Below are positions 20,805 to 30,634 of a DNA stretch of 64,000 nucleotides, piece by piece (positions within the stretch are counted from its first letter, which is position 1; each line of letters opens with the position of its first letter). The notes under the pieces are model-generated. The model was not told the origin of the DNA. It did no database searches and worked only from the letters and a program-made list of their open reading frames with translations. Source of the stretch: Acidobacteriota bacterium (GTDB lineage Bacteria > Acidobacteriota > UBA6911); the NCBI GenBank assembly GCA_012719455.1, contig JAAYAJ010000023.1, positions 33,045-97,044 on the forward strand. Direction: 5' to 3'. Made by a program: the position numbers and the translations under genes.

Positions 20805-20836
20805 CAGGAGGCCCGGCGAGGCGCGGGGCCGGCGAG

Positions 20837-21376
20837 TCAGTAGCGCGACGCTATCCAGCCGCTGTTGCAAAGGGTGAAACATTCGCCGCACGATCGGCAG
20901 GAAAGCTCCGCTCCTTCCACCAGCGCCGGCCGGCGTTCGACGCCGCGGCCCTTGAAGTAGATCCTGTTCTCTTTCTTGATCTCCGCGCAGTAGCGGAGGC
21001 AGCGCCCGCACTGGCTGCAGTCCGCAATGCCCGTTTGAAAGCGCGAGGAGGTGACCCCGTATTCCTCGGCGTACGTCTGCCAGGAAGGCCAGAGGAGTTC
21101 AATGACCATCTTGCGGATCTTGACCACCGTCTCCGTCTTCGTCCACACCCGGAGACCTTCTTCGATGGGATAGACGCAGGACGCCACGACCCTCTTGCGC
21201 CCCCCGGCGGTTTCGATCTCCACCATGCACATCCGGCAGGCGCCGAACGGCTCCAGCCGGTCGTCATCGCACAGGGTGGGTATTTCAATGCCGGCAGACC
21301 TGGCGGCCTGCAAAACGGTGGTTCCCGGCGCGCCCTCTACGGCACGACCGTCGATTTCCAATCGGATAGTATCCAC
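20837..21376 (-). CDS. NuoG-N-terminal-like / HoxU-like [2Fe-2S] + [4Fe-4S] iron-sulfur protein (GTG start)
   Basis: The 2Fe-2S ferredoxin-type segment (LCDDDRLEPFGACRMCMVE) is followed by 4Fe-4S Cys clusters (CSQCGRCLRYC; CRSCGECFTLC). It has no catalytic/molybdopterin domain. The GTG start has a GGGAGG RBS 11 nt after the NuoF-like stop. Confidence 0.6.
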   Translation of the reverse strand: MDTIRLEIDGRAVEGAPGTTVLQAARSAGIEIPTLCDDDRLEPFGACRMCMVEIETAGGRKRVVASCVYPIEEGLRVWTKTETVVKIRKMVIELLWPSWQTYAEEYGVTSSRFQTGIADCSQCGRCLRYCAEIKKENRIYFKGRGVERRPALVEGAELSCRSCGECFTLCNSGWIASRY

Positions 21377-21387
21377 GACGCCTCCCG

Positions 21388-23304
21388 CTACCTTGAAGTT
21401 CCGGCCAGGCCAATCTCTTCGGCGGATTTCCGCAGGACCGCACCCGCCGGAACCTTGACGACAGCACCGAATTTTGCAGGGCATGCCTTTAAGCAGGCGC
21501 CGCACTTGATGCACTTCTCATGGACGATGGTGAAAACACCCGCCTCCGACTTGTCGATGGCGTCCACCGGGCAGTTGCGCTGGCAGGCGCCGCAGGCCTG
21601 GCATTTCTCCTGGTCGATCTCGTAGGCGATGAGCGCCGTGCAAATGCCGGCGCGGCATCGTCCATGCCGGATGTGCTCCTCGTATTCCTCCCGGAAATAC
21701 TTCAGGGTGCTGGCCACCGGATTGGGCGCCGACTGGCCCAGCGCACAGAGAGATGCGACCTGCATGAATTCGGCCAGCTCCTCGAGGATTTCGAGATCCC
21801 CCTCCCGACCTTTCCCCGCGGCGATGTTGTCGAGGATGGCTAGCATCTGGCGAATCCCTTCGCGGCAGGGAACGCACTTGCCGCAGGACTCGTGTGCGAG
21901 GAAGCTGGTGTAGTACCGCGCGGTATCCACCATGCAGGTGTTTTCGTCCATGACGATCATGCCGCCCGACCCCATCATGGAACCCGCCTTGGTGAGTTCG
22001 TCAAAATCGACCGGAAGATCGAGGAGGGCCGCAGGAATGACACCGCCGGAAGGTCCACCGGTCTGCACGGCCTTGAACGATTTCCCGTCGGGAACCCCTC
22101 CGCCGATCTTGAAAATGATGTCGCGGAGCGGGATTCCCATCGAAACTTCCACCAGCCCCGTGTTTTTGACCTTGCCTACCAGGGAAAAGATCTTGGTGCC
22201 CTTGCTCCCTTCCGTCCCCATCCCACGGAACCAGTCGGCGCCCTTGTCGATGATATGGGGAACGGTGGCCCAAGTCTCGACGTTGTTCAGGCAGGAGGGT
22301 TTGCCCCAGAGCCCTTTCTCCGATGTGTGCACGTATTTGGGGCGCGGTTCACCGACACGCCCTTCGATGGCGCTCATCAGGGCGCTGGATTCCCCGGAAA
22401 CGAAGGCCCCGGCCCCGCGATGAATGACGACGTCGAAGGAGAATCCGGATCCGAGGATGTTCCTGCCGAGCAGCCCGTATTCGCGCGCCTGCTCAATGGC
22501 GATCTCGATGCTCTTGCGCGCCAGGGGATACTCCTGGCGCACGTAGATGAACCCTTCCGCGGCTCCAATCGCATAGGCGCCCAGGATCAGCCCTTCCAGG
22601 ACGCTGTGCGGGTTTCCCTGGAGCAGGCTGCCGTCCATGAAGGCGCCCGGATCCCCCTCATCAGCGTTGACAATGACATATTTCGGTTCGCCGGGAGCGT
22701 TGCGCGTGGTTTCCCACTTCCGGCCGGCGGGAAATCCGCCGCCGCCGCGGCCGCGCAGGTTGGCCTTTTTCACTTCGTGGAGCACCGATTCGGGCGTCAT
22801 TTCGGAAAGAGCCTTCGCCAGCGCGCCGTATCCGCCGACGGCGATGTAGTCCAGGATGCTGGAGGAGTCGATCCTGACGTTGTCCCCGAGCAGGACGCGC
22901 TCCTGGTGCCTGTAGAAGGGGATGTCCTGCAAGCGCTCGATGCGCTCGCCGGTTCCTTCATCGAGGTACAGGAGGTCGCGGACCGGACCTTCACCCGCGC
23001 CGAGCCCGTCGATGATGGGCGCCGCGTGCTTCGGCTGCACTTTGGTATAGCAGGTGTCGGAGGGGTGGATCACCACCAACGGGGCGCCTTCGCAGAAACC
23101 GTGGCACCCGGTCCGGCGGACGCCGACTTTGTGCCCGAGACCGCGCTTTTCGATCTCGCCATCCAATGCGTCCGCCACCGCCTCGGCGCCGCAGGCAAGA
23201 CAACCCGATCCCGTACACACCTCCAGCCAGTCCTTGGCGTTGCGCTGGGCGACGGCCTCCGCTCTCAATTTTTCAAGATCCGCGACGGTCTTCAAGCGTT
23301 TCAT
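21388..23304 (-). CDS. NuoF/HoxF-like NAD(H)-binding FMN flavoprotein subunit with N-terminal thioredoxin-like 2Fe-2S and C-terminal 2x[4Fe-4S] domains
   Basis: 638 aa. The FMN/NADH site carries the GRGGGGFPAGRKWE and ESCGKCVPCREG motifs. The C-terminal CxxCxxCxxxCP is present twice. Confidence 0.85.
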   Translation of the reverse strand: MKRLKTVADLEKLRAEAVAQRNAKDWLEVCTGSGCLACGAEAVADALDGEIEKRGLGHKVGVRRTGCHGFCEGAPLVVIHPSDTCYTKVQPKHAAPIIDGLGAGEGPVRDLLYLDEGTGERIERLQDIPFYRHQERVLLGDNVRIDSSSILDYIAVGGYGALAKALSEMTPESVLHEVKKANLRGRGGGGFPAGRKWETTRNAPGEPKYVIVNADEGDPGAFMDGSLLQGNPHSVLEGLILGAYAIGAAEGFIYVRQEYPLARKSIEIAIEQAREYGLLGRNILGSGFSFDVVIHRGAGAFVSGESSALMSAIEGRVGEPRPKYVHTSEKGLWGKPSCLNNVETWATVPHIIDKGADWFRGMGTEGSKGTKIFSLVGKVKNTGLVEVSMGIPLRDIIFKIGGGVPDGKSFKAVQTGGPSGGVIPAALLDLPVDFDELTKAGSMMGSGGMIVMDENTCMVDTARYYTSFLAHESCGKCVPCREGIRQMLAILDNIAAGKGREGDLEILEELAEFMQVASLCALGQSAPNPVASTLKYFREEYEEHIRHGRCRAGICTALIAYEIDQEKCQACGACQRNCPVDAIDKSEAGVFTIVHEKCIKCGACLKACPAKFGAVVKVPAGAVLRKSAEEIGLAGTSR

Positions 23305-24380
23305 GCCTGCGCCTCCTCCCTCTGCATTGTTTTGATGATTTTGTCAAGCCGGCTCCGGTCGGGATCCCGATAGTAGTCGCTGTCGATCTGGATCACCGGC
23401 GCCAGGGCGCAGCATCCCAGGCAATGAACGGTCTCCAGGGTGTAGGTGAGGCGGCTGTCCGTCTGTCCCGGTTGCAGACCCAGGGCGGCGGAGACCCTGC
23501 TCAGCAGTTCGGAGCTCCCCCGCACGTGGCAGGCCGTCCCGGTGCAGACCTGGAAAGAATGACGCCCCCGTGGTTCCAGGCTGAACGCCTCGTAGAAGTG
23601 CACGATTCCGTAGATCTCGCGCAGCGGAACGTCGAGTCTGCCGGATATCCATTCGAGGATGTGGCGCGGAAGCCAGTGAAACTTCTCCTGGACGTCCAGG
23701 AGCGTCTGGATGAGCGCATTCTTCCGGAAGCCGTAGCTGCGCATGATGGCGTCGGCTTGCAGGAGATCCTCGCGGATTTCGGCAATGGCGCGTCCCTTGT
23801 CCCAGGTCCGACCCAGGCTCTGCGCGTGGCGTTTCGCCTCTGTCTCGAGGCCGGCCAGCTCCTCGAGCAGCGTACGCTTTCCCATGCCCAGGGAGTAGGC
23901 TTCCTCGAGGAGTGCAAGCGCCTGAAGCAACAGGTCCTGTTTCATCCTGGGCGCGTGGGCCCGCCTGCGCAACCTGCCGAGCTCCACCCCGCGCCGCACC
24001 GACTCCAGGAGCCTTTCGGGATTGACCGGCTTGGCCAAATAATCGTGGGCTCCCAGCCGCATCGATTCCACCGCGGAATCCACCGTCCCCTTCCCGGTCA
24101 TGACGACCGGTACCGTGGCGGATGCGGCCTCGGCCAGGCGGCCGAGCGCCTCGAATCCGGCCACACCCGCAATCTCGGGATCCAGGAGTACGACGCTCGG
24201 ATTGTCCGCTTCCGCCATCCGGAGGCCCTGCTCCCCATCCCCCGCGACGGCGACGCGATAACCGTCCTCCTCCAGGATCCGGCGACAAGCCTCCGCGGAG
24301 GCGGCATCGTCATCGATAATGAGCACATCCAGCGGGGGCGATGCCTCCGGACCAATGACTGTCATCCTACGGGAATTCAT
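23301..24380 (-). CDS. response-regulator receiver domain fused to NuoE/HoxE-like [2Fe-2S] thioredoxin-like subunit
   Basis: N-terminal REC domain: DVLIIDDD, the phospho-acceptor in VVLLDPEI, VVMTG, and LAKP. C-terminal NuoE motif CTGTACHVRG...HCLGCCALAP. Overlaps the NuoF-like gene by 4 nt. Confidence 0.7.
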   Translation of the reverse strand: MNSRRMTVIGPEASPPLDVLIIDDDAASAEACRRILEEDGYRVAVAGDGEQGLRMAEADNPSVVLLDPEIAGVAGFEALGRLAEAASATVPVVMTGKGTVDSAVESMRLGAHDYLAKPVNPERLLESVRRGVELGRLRRRAHAPRMKQDLLLQALALLEEAYSLGMGKRTLLEELAGLETEAKRHAQSLGRTWDKGRAIAEIREDLLQADAIMRSYGFRKNALIQTLLDVQEKFHWLPRHILEWISGRLDVPLREIYGIVHFYEAFSLEPRGRHSFQVCTGTACHVRGSSELLSRVSAALGLQPGQTDSRLTYTLETVHCLGCCALAPVIQIDSDYYRDPDRSRLDKIIKTMQREEAQA

Positions 24381-25167
24381 AGACAACCTCTGTAATTGGC
24401 TACGTTTATGATAATGCTGCGTACCCCCGCCCGCCGACGCCCCGTCCCCGTCGGAGCTTTCCGGGCCTTGGCCCAAGGCCTCAGCCAAGTTTCCTGGGGG
24501 CCGAAATGGCATCGCTTGCGGGATTTCAACTGCCGTCATCCGGAAGGCTCGGCCTGTGCTTCTCGCGTTCTTGTGCAGTATTTACAAATGCTGTTTGCGG
24601 CAGGTCCGGTGTTTATCCTCGCCTTCCGGCATCCGCCGATCTCATTCCCGGGCGGTTCCTGTTACACTCGACGATTTGCGCCGCTTCCAGGCATGTTGCC
24701 AACCACCGGTGATTGCCAATCATGTTGAGCAAACCAGCCTTGCAGCGTTTCGGCGACAACTTCCTCCCTTTCAGAACCGTCATTGTATCGTCGCCCGCCC
24801 GAAAAACCAAGCAAGACAATGAGGCAGTCGCCGGGGGGATCGATGATGCAGCATGGCCGCCCCTTCCTCGAACCTGGAGAACGTCCGATCCAGGGGGGGG
24901 CAGCCCCGGCACGACCAGGGCGGGAATCACTCCCAGACCGGTCACCTCCTGGGACACCCACTCGAAGCCGAAGGGAGCGTCCGATTTAGCCCCATCCGTT
25001 TACTCCATCCTTTCCGCTTTCTCCGCCCGCTCAATCCGCATATAATGGCCTCAGGGTTTCTCCAGTTTCCAAGGCGTTAGAGGAAGAACTTTCCGAATCG
25101 GCGCCCGCGGCCCATTGCGCGGCAACGGACCGGTTTCCACGCGGATCCTTTACAACGGGAGGGAGAC

Positions 25168-25710
25168 ATGACGGAAAAAAAACAGACGAGCCGGAGGGAT
25201 TTTTTCCAGAACGTATCCGCCGGGGCGGCGGGGATGGCTTTTGCCAGCGTGCTGTCCACGCTGCATGCGGCCGCGGCGGCGCAGCAGCCGGACTATTACG
25301 GCAAGATGGACGTGAGCAAACTGGGGAATGTCTTGAGGGAACCCAATGTCGTTGAATTCAAGCCCTGGAAATCGATCCACTCGACGATCACTTCTCCCAT
25401 GATCACGGCATGGGGCACGGGGGACATTCCCGAGTCGAAGCTGGCGATCGGATTTGCCTATATCACCAAGCCCGACTCGCTGGGGGGAGCCACCCATTCC
25501 CATGCCCATGACCAGTGGATCTTCCTGATCGGCGGGGACGGGAAAAATTTCCTCGAATTCGACGCCGACGCCGAAATGCTGCTGGGCGACAAGGTCAGGA
25601 AGGTCAACTATTCCTGCTATTTCTATATTCCGCCCAACACGCCCCATTGCCCGCTGGTCATCAAGCGCGTCGGCAAGCCCATCGTCTTCATCGACGCGAG
25701 GATAGGCTGA
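25168..25710 (+). CDS. Tat-exported cupin-domain protein
   Basis: Twin-arginine signal SRRDFFQNVSAGAAGMAFA. A cupin-like His cluster (HSHAHDQW) is present. RBS GGGAGGGAGACATG. Confidence 0.6.
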   Translation: MTEKKQTSRRDFFQNVSAGAAGMAFASVLSTLHAAAAAQQPDYYGKMDVSKLGNVLREPNVVEFKPWKSIHSTITSPMITAWGTGDIPESKLAIGFAYITKPDSLGGATHSHAHDQWIFLIGGDGKNFLEFDADAEMLLGDKVRKVNYSCYFYIPPNTPHCPLVIKRVGKPIVFIDARIG

Positions 25711-25750
25711 CGCACCGATAGCGTCATAACCTGATGGGGTGCGGGACGCC

Positions 25751-26284
25751 ATGGTCTACCGTCACTGGTCCGCGCGCCCGGTAAAACTTGCCGGGCGGAC
25801 CTACCCGCAAAGCGGGCATCCCAAGCCGAATGGTTTCTGGTTTGACGTGGACGACAGCTGGAAGCGGTGGTGCATATCGGTGCGCTTCCGTATCGACAGG
25901 CTGCGCTACTCCCACGAGGTGACCATTCTCGACCCTTCTCGGGTCCTCTTGCTGGAAACGGCGGAAGAGATCGACCGGTTTACGCGCGCATACGGACATG
26001 ATCTTTCCTCCCATATCGAACCGTTGCAGGGACCCGAAGAAATGCGTGCGTTCGCGGACCAATACGGGCAGGACCTTTTCGCCGGTATTCGGAAGCACTT
26101 TTCCGCCTGCATCCTGTGGGGCGAAGTCGCCCAACGTCATGCCGGCATCATCGTCGCTCCCTATATCCCCGAAAGAAGCACCGCCTACCTGTGGTACGCG
26201 GGGTGGAACTGCGCCGGCGGATGCGTCTGGGATCTCAGCGTCATCCGCCTGGGCCGGGCACACCCGACCGAAACCGGCGCCTGA
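25751..26284 (+). CDS. hypothetical protein (no recognisable domain)
   Basis: ORF 25739-26284. The start is uncertain: GTG at 25739 or ATG at 25751. It lies 29 bp after the cupin gene on the same strand. Confidence 0.3.
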   Translation: MVYRHWSARPVKLAGRTYPQSGHPKPNGFWFDVDDSWKRWCISVRFRIDRLRYSHEVTILDPSRVLLLETAEEIDRFTRAYGHDLSSHIEPLQGPEEMRAFADQYGQDLFAGIRKHFSACILWGEVAQRHAGIIVAPYIPERSTAYLWYAGWNCAGGCVWDLSVIRLGRAHPTETGA

Positions 26285-26317
26285 AGGACAGGCAGGAAGA
26301 GGCGGGAACCGGCGCGG

Positions 26318-28273
26318 TCAACGGGACTTGCGGGGGCCGTAATGCGGGACGGGGGCGCCCCGTTCGTAGGCCCCCAAATCGGGCAACCGGCCGTGGTAGC
26401 CGTCATTGACATTCGGCAGGATGATCCCGGCATCGACCGCTTTCGAGCCGGCACGCAGGCGGAAGTCCAAATCCCTCGCATCATGCAGCCTGCCGGGATC
26501 TTCCGTCGTCAGGGCCGGAACATTTTCAAAAATGTCGTAGTCCAGCAGTACGCTGTGTACATCGTGCCCGGTAGCTGCGCTGTATTCCGCCAGGGTCCGA
26601 AAACGCCGCTCGACGCGCTTTCCGGTGAAATCCGCCGCCTTCCCGAAATCGGGCGATTTCCAGATGAAGGACACCTCCGCGCCGGGGTTCGGGCGGAAAC
26701 CGTTGTAATCCGAACTGGAATAATTCGTCGCGGTATCCACGCTGAACACCTCCTGCGCGGCGCCCTGTCCCAGGATCAGGTTGTTGCGATAGTGCAGGTT
26801 GGAGGCCTGGTCCATGGAAAGCACTTCGGAGGTAAAGGTGTTGTGGTAGACAAGGATGCCCGTGCTGTTGGCGGTGAACTTGACCGATCCCCCTTCCGGC
26901 GCGTGGTACACGATGTTGCGGATGAAATAGACCGGGCCCCCGAGAACGGGTTGCGTGCTCAGCGAACGATGCGCCTGGTTGAAGCAGCGGTTACGCAGGA
27001 CCCGGATGTTGTGCATGACGCCGTCGGCCTCGATGCAGTTGTCATCCACGTTGGTGATGTCGTTATTGTAGATATCGATGGATACCGGCATCCGTTCGCG
27101 GATCGGGTCGGGGTTGCCGTCCGGCTCGCCGTACGTCGCGTGATCGATGCCGTCGTGGAAGTTCGCAACATAGTTGTAGGCGATTACGTGTCCGGAACCG
27201 TAGACCTTCACAGCCAGTTCCGAAAGGACCGGCGTAGGATAGCCGGGAGTGCCCTGCCACACCCGCCCGATCCAGCCCTCCAGCCTTTCGGGATGACTCT
27301 TGCCGATAAACGTGTTGTCGGCGATGTAGAAATCTTTCGAGCCCGACCAGTCCGTATAGATCCCTCGCCCGATATTTTCCAGGCGGCAATTCTTGACACT
27401 CAACCCCACGGCTCCCGCCACTCCCTTGTGGCCGGCCTGGAAGGCCACTTCGGTGTTGCGGATGGTCAGGCCCTCGAAATAAAGGTAATCGGCTCCCATT
27501 ACGTCAAAAAGAACATGGTTGCCGGCTCCGTCAAAGATCGCCTCGCCGTCGCCGGCCGCCACGATGGCGATCGGTTTCTCCGCCGTTCCACTCTGGCGAA
27601 AGCGGTAGGTGCCGTCAAACAGCAGGCCCAGCTGGTTCGCGTAACGATAGCGGTCTTCCCGGTAAAGACCGGCATGAACCAGAATCGTATCTCCGGGTTT
27701 CACCCGGGGCGGGTAGGCGTTAAACCAGTCCGCGCCGTTTGCCTGGGTATAAAACGCGGCCAGAAGCCCCGTGAACGAAGGCTCCTGCTTTTTCCCTTTA
27801 AACCCCGGGGGGTACACGTGGAAAACGCGTCCCCCGGCATAGGGGCGAGGTTCGGCGCGGGTGCGGACCACGAATTGCCGGCGCGCGGTGTTTTCGACGC
27901 CGTCGGGGTCAGTCATTTGGAGGAGGACCTCGTACTCCGTATCTTCCTGCAGGTCCATGATGCTGCCGGCGAACATGTTCGGCGTTACGTAATCGTAGGC
28001 GCCGTAAGTGTTGATCATTTGTTCCCGCTGCAGGCGCAGAAGCGGCAAGCCGTCACGCCACCGGTCCTCTCCCACCTTCCGGTACTGTACCGCAACGCCG
28101 GCATTGCGGTTGGCGTCGCCGTCAATGCGCCACTCAAAGCCCAGCGATATCAGCGTGGGGGGCCCGACGATGAATTCGCCCGCCCGTGTTTTGTTTTCTT
28201 CCGCCGGCAACGCAACGGCCGATAGAAACAGCGGCACCATCAAGGAGAACAGCAGTCGCAGGATTGTCTTCAC
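26318..28273 (-). CDS. secreted right-handed parallel beta-helix repeat protein (pectin-lyase-fold; possible polysaccharide lyase/hydrolase)
   Basis: GTG start with a GGGAG RBS. Signal peptide VKTILRLLFSLMVPLFLSAVALPA. Repeated short beta-helix-like segments and NxxxN-type repeats (IYNNDITNVDDNCIEADG, IRNIVYHAPEGG). Confidence 0.55.
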   Translation of the reverse strand: MKTILRLLFSLMVPLFLSAVALPAEENKTRAGEFIVGPPTLISLGFEWRIDGDANRNAGVAVQYRKVGEDRWRDGLPLLRLQREQMINTYGAYDYVTPNMFAGSIMDLQEDTEYEVLLQMTDPDGVENTARRQFVVRTRAEPRPYAGGRVFHVYPPGFKGKKQEPSFTGLLAAFYTQANGADWFNAYPPRVKPGDTILVHAGLYREDRYRYANQLGLLFDGTYRFRQSGTAEKPIAIVAAGDGEAIFDGAGNHVLFDVMGADYLYFEGLTIRNTEVAFQAGHKGVAGAVGLSVKNCRLENIGRGIYTDWSGSKDFYIADNTFIGKSHPERLEGWIGRVWQGTPGYPTPVLSELAVKVYGSGHVIAYNYVANFHDGIDHATYGEPDGNPDPIRERMPVSIDIYNNDITNVDDNCIEADGVMHNIRVLRNRCFNQAHRSLSTQPVLGGPVYFIRNIVYHAPEGGSVKFTANSTGILVYHNTFTSEVLSMDQASNLHYRNNLILGQGAAQEVFSVDTATNYSSSDYNGFRPNPGAEVSFIWKSPDFGKAADFTGKRVERRFRTLAEYSAATGHDVHSVLLDYDIFENVPALTTEDPGRLHDARDLDFRLRAGSKAVDAGIILPNVNDGYHGRLPDLGAYERGAPVPHYGPRKSR

Positions 28274-28311
28274 GATTTGGCTCCCGTTTCCTGGACCTTC
28301 TGAATTCCAGC

Positions 28312-29271
28312 CTACTTCCCGGGTTTCCTGGGGTGTCGATTGAAGAACTCGAACACATCGGGCATGGAACCCGCGATGATGCTTCCATGGTCCAGGCCCG
28401 GCAACTCCTTCCACTGGACGTCGAAGCCGGCGGCTTTGAGCTGTTCGGCCGTGGTTCGCCCCATGGCGCCCAGCTTATCCTCGCTGCCGGCGGTAAAATA
28501 GAGCGGGGTGTCTTTCAACTTCCCCTTGGGATCGGGTGAGCCGAAGCCGGCGATACAGGCAACGGCCGCCCAGACCGGTGCATATTTTTCGCCGAGATAC
28601 AGCGCCCCGGCGCCTCCCATCGAGTGGCCCATCAGGAAGATGCGGTCGTCGTCGATGTCGAATTCCTTGCGGACCAGATCCAGGACTCTCATGGTGTCGA
28701 TTTCGCTGAGTTCCGAGACCCTGGCCGGGTCGGTCTCCCTGGTTCCGCCGATGGCCGGCCCCTGCATGACGGGCATTACCTTCGGAGGAGCGGCGCGCGC
28801 AGGCCCGGGAGCCGATGGGGCGTCCTTGCGTCCAGCGAACATGTTGGTGTTGCCGAACGGGGCGGTGGGGCTGTACCCCATCACGCCAACGAGGATGTAG
28901 CCGTTCTTTTCCGCCTCCTCCACGCAACCGGAACGCATGAAGGTGCCGTAGTTTCCAAGGTATCCATGCAGCGCCAGGACCAGGGGGGCCTTCTGGCCCT
29001 TGGCGATTTTCGAGGAGACAAACACCGCGTACGGCATGTTTTCTCCGGTTTCCTTGAAGCCGTATTCGCGGATTTCCACGCGATCATCGACCGGGTCGTG
29101 GCCGGCGCGCCGGGCCTGTCCCGCGGCCTTGCCCACGGGGGGGCTGGTCACCCTGGACACCCCGGGGGGGAGCGGCTGGTTTGCCGGAACCGCTGCGTTC
29201 TGTGCATAGGCCATGATCACCAGGCACATGGAGGCTGCCGCATACAACAACATCCTGCTTGTTTTTGACAT
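28312..29271 (-). CDS. secreted alpha/beta-hydrolase esterase (phospholipase/carboxylesterase or PHB-depolymerase-like)
   Basis: Signal peptide MSKTSRMLLYAAASMCLVIMAYA. Oxyanion/His region LALHGY and the GHSMGG nucleophile elbow. Confidence 0.7.
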   Translation of the reverse strand: MSKTSRMLLYAAASMCLVIMAYAQNAAVPANQPLPPGVSRVTSPPVGKAAGQARRAGHDPVDDRVEIREYGFKETGENMPYAVFVSSKIAKGQKAPLVLALHGYLGNYGTFMRSGCVEEAEKNGYILVGVMGYSPTAPFGNTNMFAGRKDAPSAPGPARAAPPKVMPVMQGPAIGGTRETDPARVSELSEIDTMRVLDLVRKEFDIDDDRIFLMGHSMGGAGALYLGEKYAPVWAAVACIAGFGSPDPKGKLKDTPLYFTAGSEDKLGAMGRTTAEQLKAAGFDVQWKELPGLDHGSIIAGSMPDVFEFFNRHPRKPGK

Positions 29272-29281
29272 GATACACCCC

Positions 29282-30505
29282 CTATCCCGCCGCCCCGGGC
29301 GGGACACTTCCCGTTGTGTACACCTTCACCGCCTTCAGTTCCCCGGAGGGGCAGACTGACTCACAGGCGCCGCAGCCGTTGCATTTTGCAGGATCGACGG
29401 CTGGAAAGGATTCATAGGCTTCTTCATCCCAATGGATCTTGATGGCCTCATAGGGACAGGCGTTTACGCAAGCCTGGCACTCGCTGATGCCCCATAGACA
29501 CAGGAATATGTCCACGCTGGCCGTTCCGATGACATAGCTGTTTTTCTGCTCCAGGTTCAGCCGCTGCAGGGCTCCGCTGGGGCAAACGGTCGTACAGGCA
29601 TGGCAGTCATTTCTGCAGTAATCATTTTCGAACCGGACAACGGGCGACAGGAATCCGAGGACCCCGGATTGTCCCGCATCGGGATGAATGATCCCGGATG
29701 GACAGGCGCGCATGCAATTGCCGCAGCGCATACAAAGGCCCGTAAACTCATGCTCTTCAATCGCGCCCGGCGGCCGCAACGGGGCGTGGTCGGATCTTGC
29801 CGCGCCGATCTTTCGTGCCGCCAGGCTCAACCCCAGGCCGGCTGCAACCGCAACAAACATTCTCCTGCCTGCCCAAACGGCCTTTCCGCGCGCGGTTCTT
29901 CCGCCCGGTTCGACTTGGCCCGACTTTCGAAAATTCCTGCAGAAGGACCCGGCCTTTCCCAGCAGGTCCTGGGTGGCGCCCAGGGGGCAGATCCGGGCGC
30001 ACCAGAGATCCCCCGAAGTGATCTGCAACAGGATGAGCAGGACGATGCCGTACAGGGAAGCCAGGACCGCCAGGACCCCCGTCGCTCGATATACCGAAAA
30101 CGCGTTGTTCAGGAACGCCAACGGGTCCATCCACAAAAAGAGCGGATAACCCAGGATGGCGCCGGCGGCCGTCAGCAAAACGATATATTCGCCTATGGGA
30201 GGGGAACGCTTCCACCAGGTTCCGGCCGGCGATCGGACGCCGGAAACGGCATCCAACAGCAGGCCGACCGGGCAGACATAGCGGCAGAACCACCTTTTCC
30301 GCAACAGCGCGATTGCCGCAAAAGCCAGGCCGAGGATGGATCCCACCCAGATCGTTCCACCCGCCAGGATTGTACCTATCACAACGAAGGAGCTGGCTTG
30401 TACAAATACCCTGGAGCTGTCGATCCAGAAGGGGAAGGGGGACAACATGAGAATCGCGAGCAGAAAACAACCCAGCCTCACGTAGATGCGTCCTTCACTT
30501 GTCAT
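29282..30505 (-). CDS. NapH/MauN-type membrane-bound polyferredoxin (integral membrane 4Fe-4S protein)
   Basis: Multiple TM helices with CRYVCPVG and CARICPLG motifs. C-terminal ferredoxin clusters CMRCGNCMRACP, CHACTTVCP, CQACVNACP and CNGCGACESVCP. Confidence 0.7.
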   Translation of the reverse strand: MTSEGRIYVRLGCFLLAILMLSPFPFWIDSSRVFVQASSFVVIGTILAGGTIWVGSILGLAFAAIALLRKRWFCRYVCPVGLLLDAVSGVRSPAGTWWKRSPPIGEYIVLLTAAGAILGYPLFLWMDPLAFLNNAFSVYRATGVLAVLASLYGIVLLILLQITSGDLWCARICPLGATQDLLGKAGSFCRNFRKSGQVEPGGRTARGKAVWAGRRMFVAVAAGLGLSLAARKIGAARSDHAPLRPPGAIEEHEFTGLCMRCGNCMRACPSGIIHPDAGQSGVLGFLSPVVRFENDYCRNDCHACTTVCPSGALQRLNLEQKNSYVIGTASVDIFLCLWGISECQACVNACPYEAIKIHWDEEAYESFPAVDPAKCNGCGACESVCPSGELKAVKVYTTGSVPPGAAG

Positions 30506-30634
30506 TCGGGCGCACCTCCTCTCCGGCACCTGAGCCCATGTACCCCCCCTAACCGCTCATGGCGGCATAGTTCCTTCCCGTCCCCATCGTGCGCAAACGC
30601 GTTCTCGAAAAACGACGCCATCAAAGAACGATCG

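Noticed and set aside
20837-21514. longer start (MHQVRRLLKGMPCKIRCC...) for the HoxU-like Fe-S protein
   Set aside because: It would overlap the NuoF-like gene by about 130 nt. The downstream GTG has a GGGAGG RBS and begins exactly at the 2Fe-2S domain.
24396-25080. several 70-115-aa ORFs on both strands in the long intergenic tract
   Set aside because: They overlap one another, lack ribosome-binding sites and have atypical composition. I treat the region as non-coding.
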